From assembly GCA_038136695.1 (NCBI GenBank), contig JAYQAK010000001.1, positions 1-56,898 of the forward strand: DNA of 56,898 nucleotides. The letters run 5' to 3'. Of the stretch, positions 17,991 through 26,329 are shown piece after piece. The notes under the pieces were generated by a model, which was given only the letters and a program-made list of their open reading frames with translations, searched no databases and had not been told where the DNA came from. The stretch comes from Poseidonia sp. GTDB lineage: Archaea; Thermoplasmatota; Poseidoniia; Poseidoniales; Poseidoniaceae. A program made the translations under genes and the position numbers. Numbering within the stretch: the first letter of the stretch is position 1; each line of letters opens with the position of its first letter.

Positions 17991-20629
17991 CGTTCCACCT
18001 CCAGCATGGCCTTGAGTTGGTACAGCACGTCGAGGGCCTGCCTGGGTGAGAGTTCGTCCACTTGCGTCTCCGAGAGATGGGTCATCAACTGCACGATGTG
18101 GGCGGGAATGACCTCTTGGGTCACCTGAGCCTGTGTCTGGAGCGCTGCAGCAGCGAAGTAACCCATCAAACTGGCCTGCCCTGCTTCTCGGGATTGTGGA
18201 GTGCCCTGTTCACCGGCTTTCGCGCCCCCAGCCTGTTGTTCCAGGAACGCGAGCAGGTCGGTAGCCCGTTCAACCACGTTTCGCGGCAGTCCAGCGAGAG
18301 CAGCAACCTGAACGCCGTATGAGTCATCGCAAGGCCCGTCAGCCACCTTGTGCAAGAAACGAAGTTGCCCTTCGGCATGGGCCACCTGAACGTGGACGTT
18401 GCACAATCCAGGTACATCGCCCTCCAGTCCGATCAACTGGTGGTAGTGGGTGGCAAAAAGCGTGCGAGAGCCAATGCGAGAACAGATGTCTTCGGTCACC
18501 GACCAAGCGATGGAAAGACCGTCAAACGTCGACGTCCCTCGACCGATTTCATCGAGAAGAACCAGCGAGTCCTTCGTAGCCCGCTTCAAAATATGTGCGA
18601 CCTCAATCATTTCCATCATGAAGGTGGACCGGCCTCGTTTCAGGTCATCGCTGGCTCCAACCCGGGTGAAGATGCGATCAACGAGGCCGATTTTGGCTGT
18701 TTTTGCAGGAACAAAACAACCTGCTTGTGCCAAAATGGTGGTCAAGGCTACGGTTCGGAGATAGGTGGATTTCCCGCCCATGTTTGGACCGGTGATCAGC
18801 AAAAACGACCGTTTCGGATTGATGAGGACATCGTTGGGAACGTAGCCTTGCTGTGTTTCAAGGACGGGGTGACGCGCATCGGTAAGTTGGAGCGCGGAGG
18901 TTGTTGACATGGCAGGTTTGGTCCATTGGCGTTCCCGGCTGACCGAGGCAAAGCACTGCAGAACATCGATGGCAGCCACTCGGCGTGCAATGTCGGCGAG
19001 GGTGGAGGCGTGCTGTGCGCAGTAGGTTCGAAGTTCCAAAAATCGCCTGTATTCCAATTCCTTCAATTTCGAATCCGCCGTCAACAACAGATCATCACGC
19101 TCGGACAATTCTGTGGTCACGTAACGCGACCCGTTGGTCAGTTGTTGCTTGCGTCGCCATGCTTCAGGGACTTTGTCGAGGTGTGTTTGCGTGACTTCGA
19201 TGAACCAACCAACTTGGCGGTTGTGCTTGACCTTCAACGAAGGGATGGACAACGAATCACGCAATTGCAGTTCAAGGTTCGAGAACCACGCTTTTCCTTC
19301 GGTCGTGATGGTGCGCAATTCGTCGACTTCGTCATCAACGCCGCCCTTGAGCAGGCCACCGTCCCTTAATCCGAGCGGCGGGGCTTCCTGAAGCGTCCCT
19401 TTGATCATGTGCGACATTTCTTGGAGGGCATCCAATTCCTGACTGAGCAGGATGAGCAGGGGGTCTTGACTGTCTTGGCACCACCGAAGAAGAGCAGGCA
19501 TGCGTTCGAGCGCGTGGGCGGTAGCGACCAAATCCCGTGCGTTGCTTCGCTGGTAGGCCAATTGCGTGGCGAGTCGTTCCATGTCCCTGATGCCTTTGAG
19601 CGATTCTCTCAACCCGTCAAGGCGGCGAGCTGATTTGGCCAGCGTCCCGACCGCTTTGTGCCTGGTTTCAATGGCCGAAACCTCTGCAAGCGGGTGGAGA
19701 ATCCATGTTTTGAGAAGTCGGCGGCCCATGGCTGTCCGGCATCGGTTCAGCGTTGAGAGCAAACTCCCGTCGTATTCTCCGGCCAAGGTGCTTGTTAACT
19801 CGAGATTTCTTAAGGTGGTTTGGTCCAACAGGAGGTGGCCGCTTTCTTCCACCACTTCCACGTCCTGAAGCGGGATTTCACTTCGCATGTGCACGGTGGC
19901 GACATAATCCGCTGCAAGGCCGGTCGCAGAAATCGCCAAGGGCGCGTGGTCCAAATCAAGGTGGCCCAAGTCGGCGACGTCCAACATGGTACGGAGGCGT
20001 TCCTCACGCTTGGCATGGGTGATGTTGTGCTGACTGATCATCGTTCCATGAAGGTGGAGGAACAACGGCCCCATCTGCTCATGTTCTGCATCCTTTGGCG
20101 ATAACACGAGTTCCTGAGGCTGCCACCGCTGCAGGTCATCTTGCAGTTTCGCAAAGCGATCTGGACCATCATGTGTGCTCGCCCATGCCTTTCCCGTGGA
20201 GGCATCGAGGACCGCAAGTCCAAGGCTGTCGCTGGAAAGCGCAACGGCGGCCAGCAACGATTGTTCATCACCTTCAAGCAAGCCTTCCTCGTACAGGCTC
20301 CCGGGGGTGTACACCCGCGTCACCACGCGTTCCAGCAGTTTCGCCCCCTCACGGAGTTCTTCCTCCTGCTCCGCCACGGTGACTTTGTAACCTGCCCTCA
20401 GCATCGTGCGCAGGTGTTCCTCCAGACCATGCCATGGGAACCCGGCCATCGGAATGGGCTTCTCCGCGTTTTTGTCCCTTGATGTGAGCGCAAGTCCCAG
20501 GACGTCGGCAGCCAGTTCTGCATCATCGTGGAACAATTCGTAGAAGTCCCCCATTCGGAAGAACAACACGGTGTCCGGATGTTGTTCTTTGATGTCAAAG
20601 AACTGGTCCATCATTCCGCGTTTGGTCAT
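17987..20629 (-). CDS. mutS: DNA mismatch repair protein MutS (bacterial MutS1 type)
   Basis: N-terminal mismatch-binding FFRMGDFYELF, Walker A ITGPNMGGKSTYLR, ...LVLLDEIGRGTSTFDG... and ...FATHYHQL.... Start at the ATG for MTKRGMMDQF; an alternative ATG lies 15 nt upstream at 20644. Confidence 0.9.
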   Translation of the reverse strand: MTKRGMMDQFFDIKEQHPDTVLFFRMGDFYELFHDDAELAADVLGLALTSRDKNAEKPIPMAGFPWHGLEEHLRTMLRAGYKVTVAEQEEELREGAKLLERVVTRVYTPGSLYEEGLLEGDEQSLLAAVALSSDSLGLAVLDASTGKAWASTHDGPDRFAKLQDDLQRWQPQELVLSPKDAEHEQMGPLFLHLHGTMISQHNITHAKREERLRTMLDVADLGHLDLDHAPLAISATGLAADYVATVHMRSEIPLQDVEVVEESGHLLLDQTTLRNLELTSTLAGEYDGSLLSTLNRCRTAMGRRLLKTWILHPLAEVSAIETRHKAVGTLAKSARRLDGLRESLKGIRDMERLATQLAYQRSNARDLVATAHALERMPALLRWCQDSQDPLLILLSQELDALQEMSHMIKGTLQEAPPLGLRDGGLLKGGVDDEVDELRTITTEGKAWFSNLELQLRDSLSIPSLKVKHNRQVGWFIEVTQTHLDKVPEAWRRKQQLTNGSRYVTTELSERDDLLLTADSKLKELEYRRFLELRTYCAQHASTLADIARRVAAIDVLQCFASVSRERQWTKPAMSTTSALQLTDARHPVLETQQGYVPNDVLINPKRSFLLITGPNMGGKSTYLRTVALTTILAQAGCFVPAKTAKIGLVDRIFTRVGASDDLKRGRSTFMMEMIEVAHILKRATKDSLVLLDEIGRGTSTFDGLSIAWSVTEDICSRIGSRTLFATHYHQLIGLEGDVPGLCNVHVQVAHAEGQLRFLHKVADGPCDDSYGVQVAALAGLPRNVVERATDLLAFLEQQAGGAKAGEQGTPQSREAGQASLMGYFAAAALQTQAQVTQEVIPAHIVQLMTHLSETQVDELSPRQALDVLYQLKAMLEVER

Positions 20630-20738
20630 GCATGTGCCCTCCATGGCTTACGCTGGAGTATGAGGAAGTTGACGAGGGCACATGAAGGTTCTCGCAACCA
20701 TCGATGTTTGCGCCGTGTTTCGTGGTTGTTCACCGAAT

Positions 20739-22028
20739 TTATCCTTGCAACGAGTATTCCTTGATGGCATAGCGTAGCATGAGGGCCAACACCACCGTTC
20801 CGGTGAGCAGGTACAGGAGGTTCAAGAAACCACGACCACTCTCTATAGAGCCATTTGCTGAGATGTCAATGCTCCATTGAATCGGTTGGCCCTGTCCGTC
20901 GGTACCGTGGACGTGGACATGGCTTGCGGTAGCGCCCACTGCACTTGGCTCGACGGGCATCGCTCGTCCGAGCACATGGGTTTGCAGTTCACCGTCTTCA
21001 AGCGTCCAAAGAAGATTTGAGCCGAGTTGCCCGAACAACCAAACGGTTCCTTCTGCATCCTCGACGAGGGCCGTGCTTCGCACGCCTAAGGATTCAATGT
21101 CATCGGGCCCTCGAACCAAGAGGCTCTCTTCGGTTCCGCCGACAACCACGCCATCTTCGGTAACGGCAAGTCCGTGAAACACACCGTCAGCATAGGTTCT
21201 CACCGTTTCAAGTTCGGGCGTTGCTTCGCTGCCGTCCCACACAATCCAACCCAACACCGGTCGAGGCTGCGGTGTTGCCGGACTTGAACCATCGGCTCCC
21301 GCCGTGCCGATGTGCGACCCCAAGGCCAGCCAACGATCGTTCCCAACCGCCGCAAGGCTGTGCCATTGCACGCCCGAAGAGGTCGACATCGGGTGCGTGG
21401 GTTGCATCCCATTCACGCCACGAACGGAGGTTTTGGCGCCTTCTTGTGTGAGCAACATGCGGTGGACGGTTTCACCGTTCTCCCTCTCCGCTGCGTCCAA
21501 AATGCCAAACTCGCCGTTGGTCGTTGGGTAGACATACGTGATCATTTCGTTGCCTTGAAGTCCAACCACTTCGTTGTTGGTGACAGAAAACAGCACTTCA
21601 CCGTTGGGCATCGATTTGAGAAACTTCACATCCGCTGCTTTGTCCAACGTGGCAGGCGTGTATATGGGCGTCACCGTACCGTGGGACGTGTCTTCGGTGT
21701 ACAATTCGTAGCCTGCCTGAGGAGAGTAAACCAAGGCGGTGTAGGCATTTGGCGAGGGGCCATAGACGATCTCGGTCACCAATCCACCTTGGTGGGCAGC
21801 TTGAACATCGACTTCTCGAGCACCGACGAAATGTTCGGTGGCGCCGATGGCGATTGCACCAAAAATGATGAAGGCCAAGAACACACCAATGGAAATCCAT
21901 TGATACTCCGATTCCTCTTCAAGGAACCTACGCCAGCCACCTGCCATGATGGTGGGTGGCGGATGCGCAACATGAAGACTTTGCTCACCGACGGTGGTTG
22001 AGCGCCGCTCAAGCGGTGAACGACGCAT
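20739..22028 (-). CDS. Hypothetical membrane-anchored protein with N- and C-terminal TM helices and a beta-rich (propeller-like) ectodomain
   Basis: Hydrophobic helices ISIGVFLAFIIFGAIAIGA (N-terminal) and LLYLLTGTVVLALMLRYAI (C-terminal), with a repetitive G/T/V-rich middle region. Alternative start at 21947. Confidence 0.55.
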   Translation of the reverse strand: MRRSPLERRSTTVGEQSLHVAHPPPTIMAGGWRRFLEEESEYQWISIGVFLAFIIFGAIAIGATEHFVGAREVDVQAAHQGGLVTEIVYGPSPNAYTALVYSPQAGYELYTEDTSHGTVTPIYTPATLDKAADVKFLKSMPNGEVLFSVTNNEVVGLQGNEMITYVYPTTNGEFGILDAAERENGETVHRMLLTQEGAKTSVRGVNGMQPTHPMSTSSGVQWHSLAAVGNDRWLALGSHIGTAGADGSSPATPQPRPVLGWIVWDGSEATPELETVRTYADGVFHGLAVTEDGVVVGGTEESLLVRGPDDIESLGVRSTALVEDAEGTVWLFGQLGSNLLWTLEDGELQTHVLGRAMPVEPSAVGATASHVHVHGTDGQGQPIQWSIDISANGSIESGRGFLNLLYLLTGTVVLALMLRYAIKEYSLQG

Positions 22029-22036
22029 GCGGAGAT

Positions 22037-22050
22037 ATCATAAAGGGAGC
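22037..22050 (+). promoter_or_regulatory. Putative TATA-like promoter element upstream of rpl10e
   Basis: ATCATAAAGGGAGC begins 45 nt upstream of the ATG. GGAGGGAG (Shine-Dalgarno-like) precedes the ATG. The motif is shared with 32297 and 41021. Confidence 0.4.
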
Positions 22051-22081
22051 ATCGGTCGCAGGGTTGCTTGGAGGGAGACCT

Positions 22082-22621
22082 ATGGCACGAAAACCCGCAG
22101 TGATGTACCGCCGCTTGAAAGGCCCAGCCTACACCCGACGCAAGTACATCGGTGGTGTGCCCAACAACCGTATCCATCAGTTCCACGTCGGTAACCGACG
22201 GGCTGCTGAGACGGGAGGCTTCCCTGTTGTGATCGAACTGCGCGCCGACAACGACGTGCAAATCCGACACACCGCCCTCGAAGCAGCTCGTGTGGTGTCG
22301 AACTCCACCATCCGTAAGCAAGCCGGTCCCCAGGGATACGCACTTCGCGTTCACACCTTCCCGCATCACGTCCTTCGTGAGAACAAGCAGGCCACCGGTG
22401 CCGGTGCTGACCGTGTCTCGCAGGGTATGCGCTGCGCCTTTGGAAAGAACGTTGGAACCGCCGCCCGTGTCAAGCGAGGTCAGCGAGTCCTGTCGATTCA
22501 AGTTCATCCCCAACACTACCTTACCGCTCGAGACGCCCTTCGCAAGGCGAGCATGAAGTTCCCCACCCCGTGCACCATCCGCCTCATCAGCGGACACGAG
22601 CACTTGAAGGGACTCATTTGA
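22082..22621 (+). CDS. rpl10e: 50S ribosomal protein L10e (uL16)
   Basis: MARKPAVMYRRLKGPAYTRRKYIGGVP... is a typical L10e N-terminus. The track ORF has a spurious 5' extension from 21956. Confidence 0.9.
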   Translation: MARKPAVMYRRLKGPAYTRRKYIGGVPNNRIHQFHVGNRRAAETGGFPVVIELRADNDVQIRHTALEAARVVSNSTIRKQAGPQGYALRVHTFPHHVLRENKQATGAGADRVSQGMRCAFGKNVGTAARVKRGQRVLSIQVHPQHYLTARDALRKASMKFPTPCTIRLISGHEHLKGLI

Positions 22622-22714
22622 GGCCACCAAGCCCCTTCACAACCGTCGGGTTCTGCCTGCCGGTTGGTAGGTGAAACAAAATAGAACAGACGAGAGGCTC
22701 GGACAGGTGATGAC

Positions 22715-24493
22715 ATGCGTGTTGCCGTTCTGAAGGAAGACAATTGTCAACCGAAGAAGTGCAACGATGAATGCCATGACTTTTGTCCACCGGTTCGTAA
22801 CGGGCAAGAATGCATCGTTATGGACGAGCGTACCGGCAAACCTCACATTTCTGAAAGCCTCTGCATCGGTTGTGGAATTTGCATCAACAAATGCCCCCAC
22901 GATGCGTTGATCATTGAAAATCTACCAAGCGAACTGGAAACCGACATGATTCATCGCTACTCCATGAACGGCTTTCGCCTCTTTCGATTGCCCACGCCAT
23001 CAAAGGAAAGCGTCGTTGGTATCCTGGGGCCCAACGGCATGGGGAAATCGACCGCCATCAGTGCGCTTTCGGGTCGTATGATTCCAAACTTGGGTGATTG
23101 GCTCAACCAAGAACCGGTCTGGGATGAGGTCATCGATTCGCTTCCCAAAGGGGAACTTCGAGATTTTTTCATCGCCGTTCAGAAAGGGGACGTCAAGGTG
23201 GCGGTGAAGCCACAAAACGTGGACCGTTTGCCAAAACGCGTCCAAGGAACCGTTCTCGAGTTGCTCAGCCGGGTCGACGAACGATCCATCTTGAAGGAAA
23301 TGACGGAGGCCTTGGGCATCGATCATCTGCTTGAACGAAAAGTCCAGCAATTGTCAGGTGGCGAACTTCAACGCATGGCCATTTGTGCGACGATCCTCAG
23401 GGACGTTGACGTCTATTTCTTTGACGAACCTTCGTCCTACCTCGACATTCACGAACGCTTGCGTATTGTTCGCATCATTCAGGAACTCTCAGCTACGAAG
23501 CGTGTCATCGTCATCGAACACGACCTCGCTGTGCTCGATGTTTTGGCCGACCTTGTCCACATCGTATACGGAAAGAAAGGGGCGTTCGGCATCTTCACAC
23601 CCGCCCGTTCAACTCGACAAGCCATCAATTCCTACCTCGATGGGTTCCTGCCCGAAGAGAACGTTCGAATTCGGGACAAACCCATCAAGTTCCTTCGCCA
23701 CCAGGATCGGTCGGCTGAAATTGGCACCCCCGTGGTGAGTTGGGGCGAGTTGAGCAAGCAACTTGGCTCCTTTACTTTGAAGGCCAGCGAAGGGGCTGTT
23801 CATCGGTCCGAGGTTGTCGGTGTGGTGGGTGCGAACGGAACCGGAAAATCCACCATGATCAAGATCCTTGCTGGCGAACACGAGTACGATGAAGGCTGGG
23901 TCACGGCGGATGCGACGATCTCGTACAAACCACAACACATCGATGTTGATATCGATGGTTCGGTCCAACTCTGGCTCGACAGTGAACTTGGCCCAAGATG
24001 GCGCAGCGGTGAGTTCAACGTGAACGTCATCAAAGCCTTGGGCATCGACCAATTGCTTCCCAAACGCGTGAAGAAGTTGTCCGGCGGTGAACGTCAGGCG
24101 GTCTCCATCGCCTTGTGTCTGGGCAGAGATGCCGATTTGTACCTGCTTGACGAACCTTCGGCTCATTTGGACGCCAATGCTCGAATGGAGGCGGCAAAAG
24201 CCATTCGTCGCACGATGGAAGCGAACGAGAAATCGGCCTTTGTCATCGACCATGACGTCTATTTCATCGATATCGTTTCGGATTCTTTGCTGGTGTTTGA
24301 AGGTGAAGGCGGTGTCCACGGCCATGCAACTGGACCGTTCAACCTGCGCAAGGGAATGAACCAGTTTTTGGCTGGTGTCGACGTGACGTTCCGCCGAGAT
24401 CATGATTCACGGCGTCCCCGTATCAACAAAGGAGAAAGCCGAAAAGACCGAGAACAACGCAGCAGTGGTGACTATTATTCCTATGACGCTTGA
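22715..24493 (+). CDS. abcE1: ABCE1 / RNase L inhibitor (ribosome recycling ATPase)
   Basis: N-terminal Fe-S domain (CQPKKCNDECHDFCP... CIGCGICINKCP), two ABC cassettes (GPNGMGKST, GANGTGKST) and signature LSGGE twice. Confidence 0.95.
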   Translation: MRVAVLKEDNCQPKKCNDECHDFCPPVRNGQECIVMDERTGKPHISESLCIGCGICINKCPHDALIIENLPSELETDMIHRYSMNGFRLFRLPTPSKESVVGILGPNGMGKSTAISALSGRMIPNLGDWLNQEPVWDEVIDSLPKGELRDFFIAVQKGDVKVAVKPQNVDRLPKRVQGTVLELLSRVDERSILKEMTEALGIDHLLERKVQQLSGGELQRMAICATILRDVDVYFFDEPSSYLDIHERLRIVRIIQELSATKRVIVIEHDLAVLDVLADLVHIVYGKKGAFGIFTPARSTRQAINSYLDGFLPEENVRIRDKPIKFLRHQDRSAEIGTPVVSWGELSKQLGSFTLKASEGAVHRSEVVGVVGANGTGKSTMIKILAGEHEYDEGWVTADATISYKPQHIDVDIDGSVQLWLDSELGPRWRSGEFNVNVIKALGIDQLLPKRVKKLSGGERQAVSIALCLGRDADLYLLDEPSAHLDANARMEAAKAIRRTMEANEKSAFVIDHDVYFIDIVSDSLLVFEGEGGVHGHATGPFNLRKGMNQFLAGVDVTFRRDHDSRRPRINKGESRKDREQRSSGDYYSYDA

Positions 24494-24529
24494 CATCGAC
24501 CCGAAGAAGAGGGAACTGGAGGCTCGTCA

Positions 24530-26278
24530 ATGCCTGTAGGCTTGCCCCCTCGAGGTGGTCCGATGGGGCGCTCACGAGGGCGTCTATCAGCCAGTGCCCT
24601 GACGACCTTTTTCCGCTGTCCACGCCAATGGTTGTTGAACTATCAAGGCGGTATGCAGGGGCCAACACGCCCGTCGCAAATTCTCGGCATCGTCCTTGAA
24701 GAGGCGTTCTGTGAACTGCTCATGCACCATCCTCCCGGGGACATTGAAAGCATTGAGGAGCTTCGGACATGGGCCTTAGAACCCTTGACGCAACTGGCGG
24801 AAAAAGCGAGGTTGGATGGTAAGAACATGTGGCAGAACAGCCTGTGGAAGGTGGAAGATGGCGCGTGGGAAACACTCGGTATCGACGTGTTTGTTCAGCG
24901 CCTTGAGGGCGGACTGGACCTGTATTTGAGTGAAGTCCAAGCCTGTTTTGATGCTGGAGGTGGGCCATGGTTGGATGCGCTTCGAAACGGCGACGAGCCG
25001 TTTGATGTTCCGGCGCCGACCTGGTCGGCCACACCCGTGTTCCCGCTTCCCGAAAAGGTCCCGGATGTTGAGTTGCGACGTTGGCCACTGCACGCACCGC
25101 CGGAATGGCGGCCTGCCGGGGAACCTCTTCGATGGAACGAGGCTTGGGAATGCGCTCGTCCGTGGTTCAAAGACCCACGAGTGCATCAACCACAGCGTCT
25201 TTATCATCCAGACGGATGGGCTTCTGGAGAACTTGATCTGGTCCTCCGTTGGGACGGTGCAGTTCGCGTGGTTGACATCAAATCCGGGACCTCCGATTCG
25301 GTGTTCGCCTCATCCCTTGAACACCAGCTTCGCTTCTACGCGTGGCTTTGGTGGGCGACCCACGACCAAGCCACCGCTGCGGGCATGGAGGGATGGTATC
25401 TTCAGAATGCTCAGCGGGTGGCGTATGACGTGCCCACGCGAGAAGAACTTGAACACCTTACGAACACCTACGGAGAGGTTCATCATCAAATGCAAACCAT
25501 GGCAGAAGGTGTCTTGGTCTTCCCCGAAGGACCGGAAGATGCGTGCGATGGTTCAGCTGCAGGATGCAACTGGTGTTCGGTTTCGCGCGATGAAAACGGC
25601 GCTTGGACCGCACCGGATTATCTTCAATGGGTCACTTCTATCTCGCAAGTAAGCACACGCTCACCTTACCAAACACTTCAATCCATTCAGGGGCGAGTCG
25701 CGGTGAAAGGACGCCTCACGGGCGTGTGGGGTCCGATGCCAAACCACTTCGGGGAACCGGTCTTGGGTGCCGTGTTGGTTGTTGGGTCCCAACACATCAC
25801 GGTCGAGGAAAGCGAACCCGGTGCGTTCCATCAATTGCACGAGTACAACGAACGAGAGATCGTTCTGGTGGATGCACTCCCCGGTGTTTGGCGTGACCAG
25901 CCAAGGTTGTATCTTGATGCTCGTTCCTCAGTCTTTCTTTCAAATGAGGAGGAGAAGATTCCAGAGGACACGGTCTTCACCCGTCTCGGGTTGTTGAGAA
26001 CGAGGGCCAATGTCATCGGTCACGTGTTGTCCATTGGCCAACGGTCTGGCGTCCGAGTGGACGGCAAACCTTGGAGCATGCTTTCCTTGATGTTGTGGGA
26101 CGGTCATGCCGTTGCCGAGGTCGTGGCCTTTGGTTCAAGCATCAATCAACGGCTTCTCGAATTGAGACCAGGGTCACCTCTTGCGATGACCGGGGTTGAA
26201 ATCGGCTGGCGGTCTGGTGTGTTGCAACTGCGCATCGACAACCGAAAAACTCGGCTTGAAGAGTCGCTTCGACGGTGA
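24530..26278 (+). CDS. Cas4/RecB-like 4-Cys PD-(D/E)XK nuclease fused to C-terminal OB-fold-like domains (paralogue A)
   Basis: C30 in FFRCPRQW; acidic VLEEAF; GELDLVLRWDGAVRVVDIKSG (D...D-x-K); QLRFY (QxxxY); C339-x6-C346-x2-C349. The C-terminal ~200 aa is beta-rich with RPA-like OB signatures (RANVIGHVLSIGQRSGVRVDGKPWSMLSLMLWDGHAVAEVVAFGSS...). Confidence 0.65.
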   Translation: MPVGLPPRGGPMGRSRGRLSASALTTFFRCPRQWLLNYQGGMQGPTRPSQILGIVLEEAFCELLMHHPPGDIESIEELRTWALEPLTQLAEKARLDGKNMWQNSLWKVEDGAWETLGIDVFVQRLEGGLDLYLSEVQACFDAGGGPWLDALRNGDEPFDVPAPTWSATPVFPLPEKVPDVELRRWPLHAPPEWRPAGEPLRWNEAWECARPWFKDPRVHQPQRLYHPDGWASGELDLVLRWDGAVRVVDIKSGTSDSVFASSLEHQLRFYAWLWWATHDQATAAGMEGWYLQNAQRVAYDVPTREELEHLTNTYGEVHHQMQTMAEGVLVFPEGPEDACDGSAAGCNWCSVSRDENGAWTAPDYLQWVTSISQVSTRSPYQTLQSIQGRVAVKGRLTGVWGPMPNHFGEPVLGAVLVVGSQHITVEESEPGAFHQLHEYNEREIVLVDALPGVWRDQPRLYLDARSSVFLSNEEEKIPEDTVFTRLGLLRTRANVIGHVLSIGQRSGVRVDGKPWSMLSLMLWDGHAVAEVVAFGSSINQRLLELRPGSPLAMTGVEIGWRSGVLQLRIDNRKTRLEESLRR

Positions 26279-26329
26279 CCATCCCTTCCTTTGTGAGCCT
26301 TGAAAAGGGGTGAATTGTGTCCAACCCAC

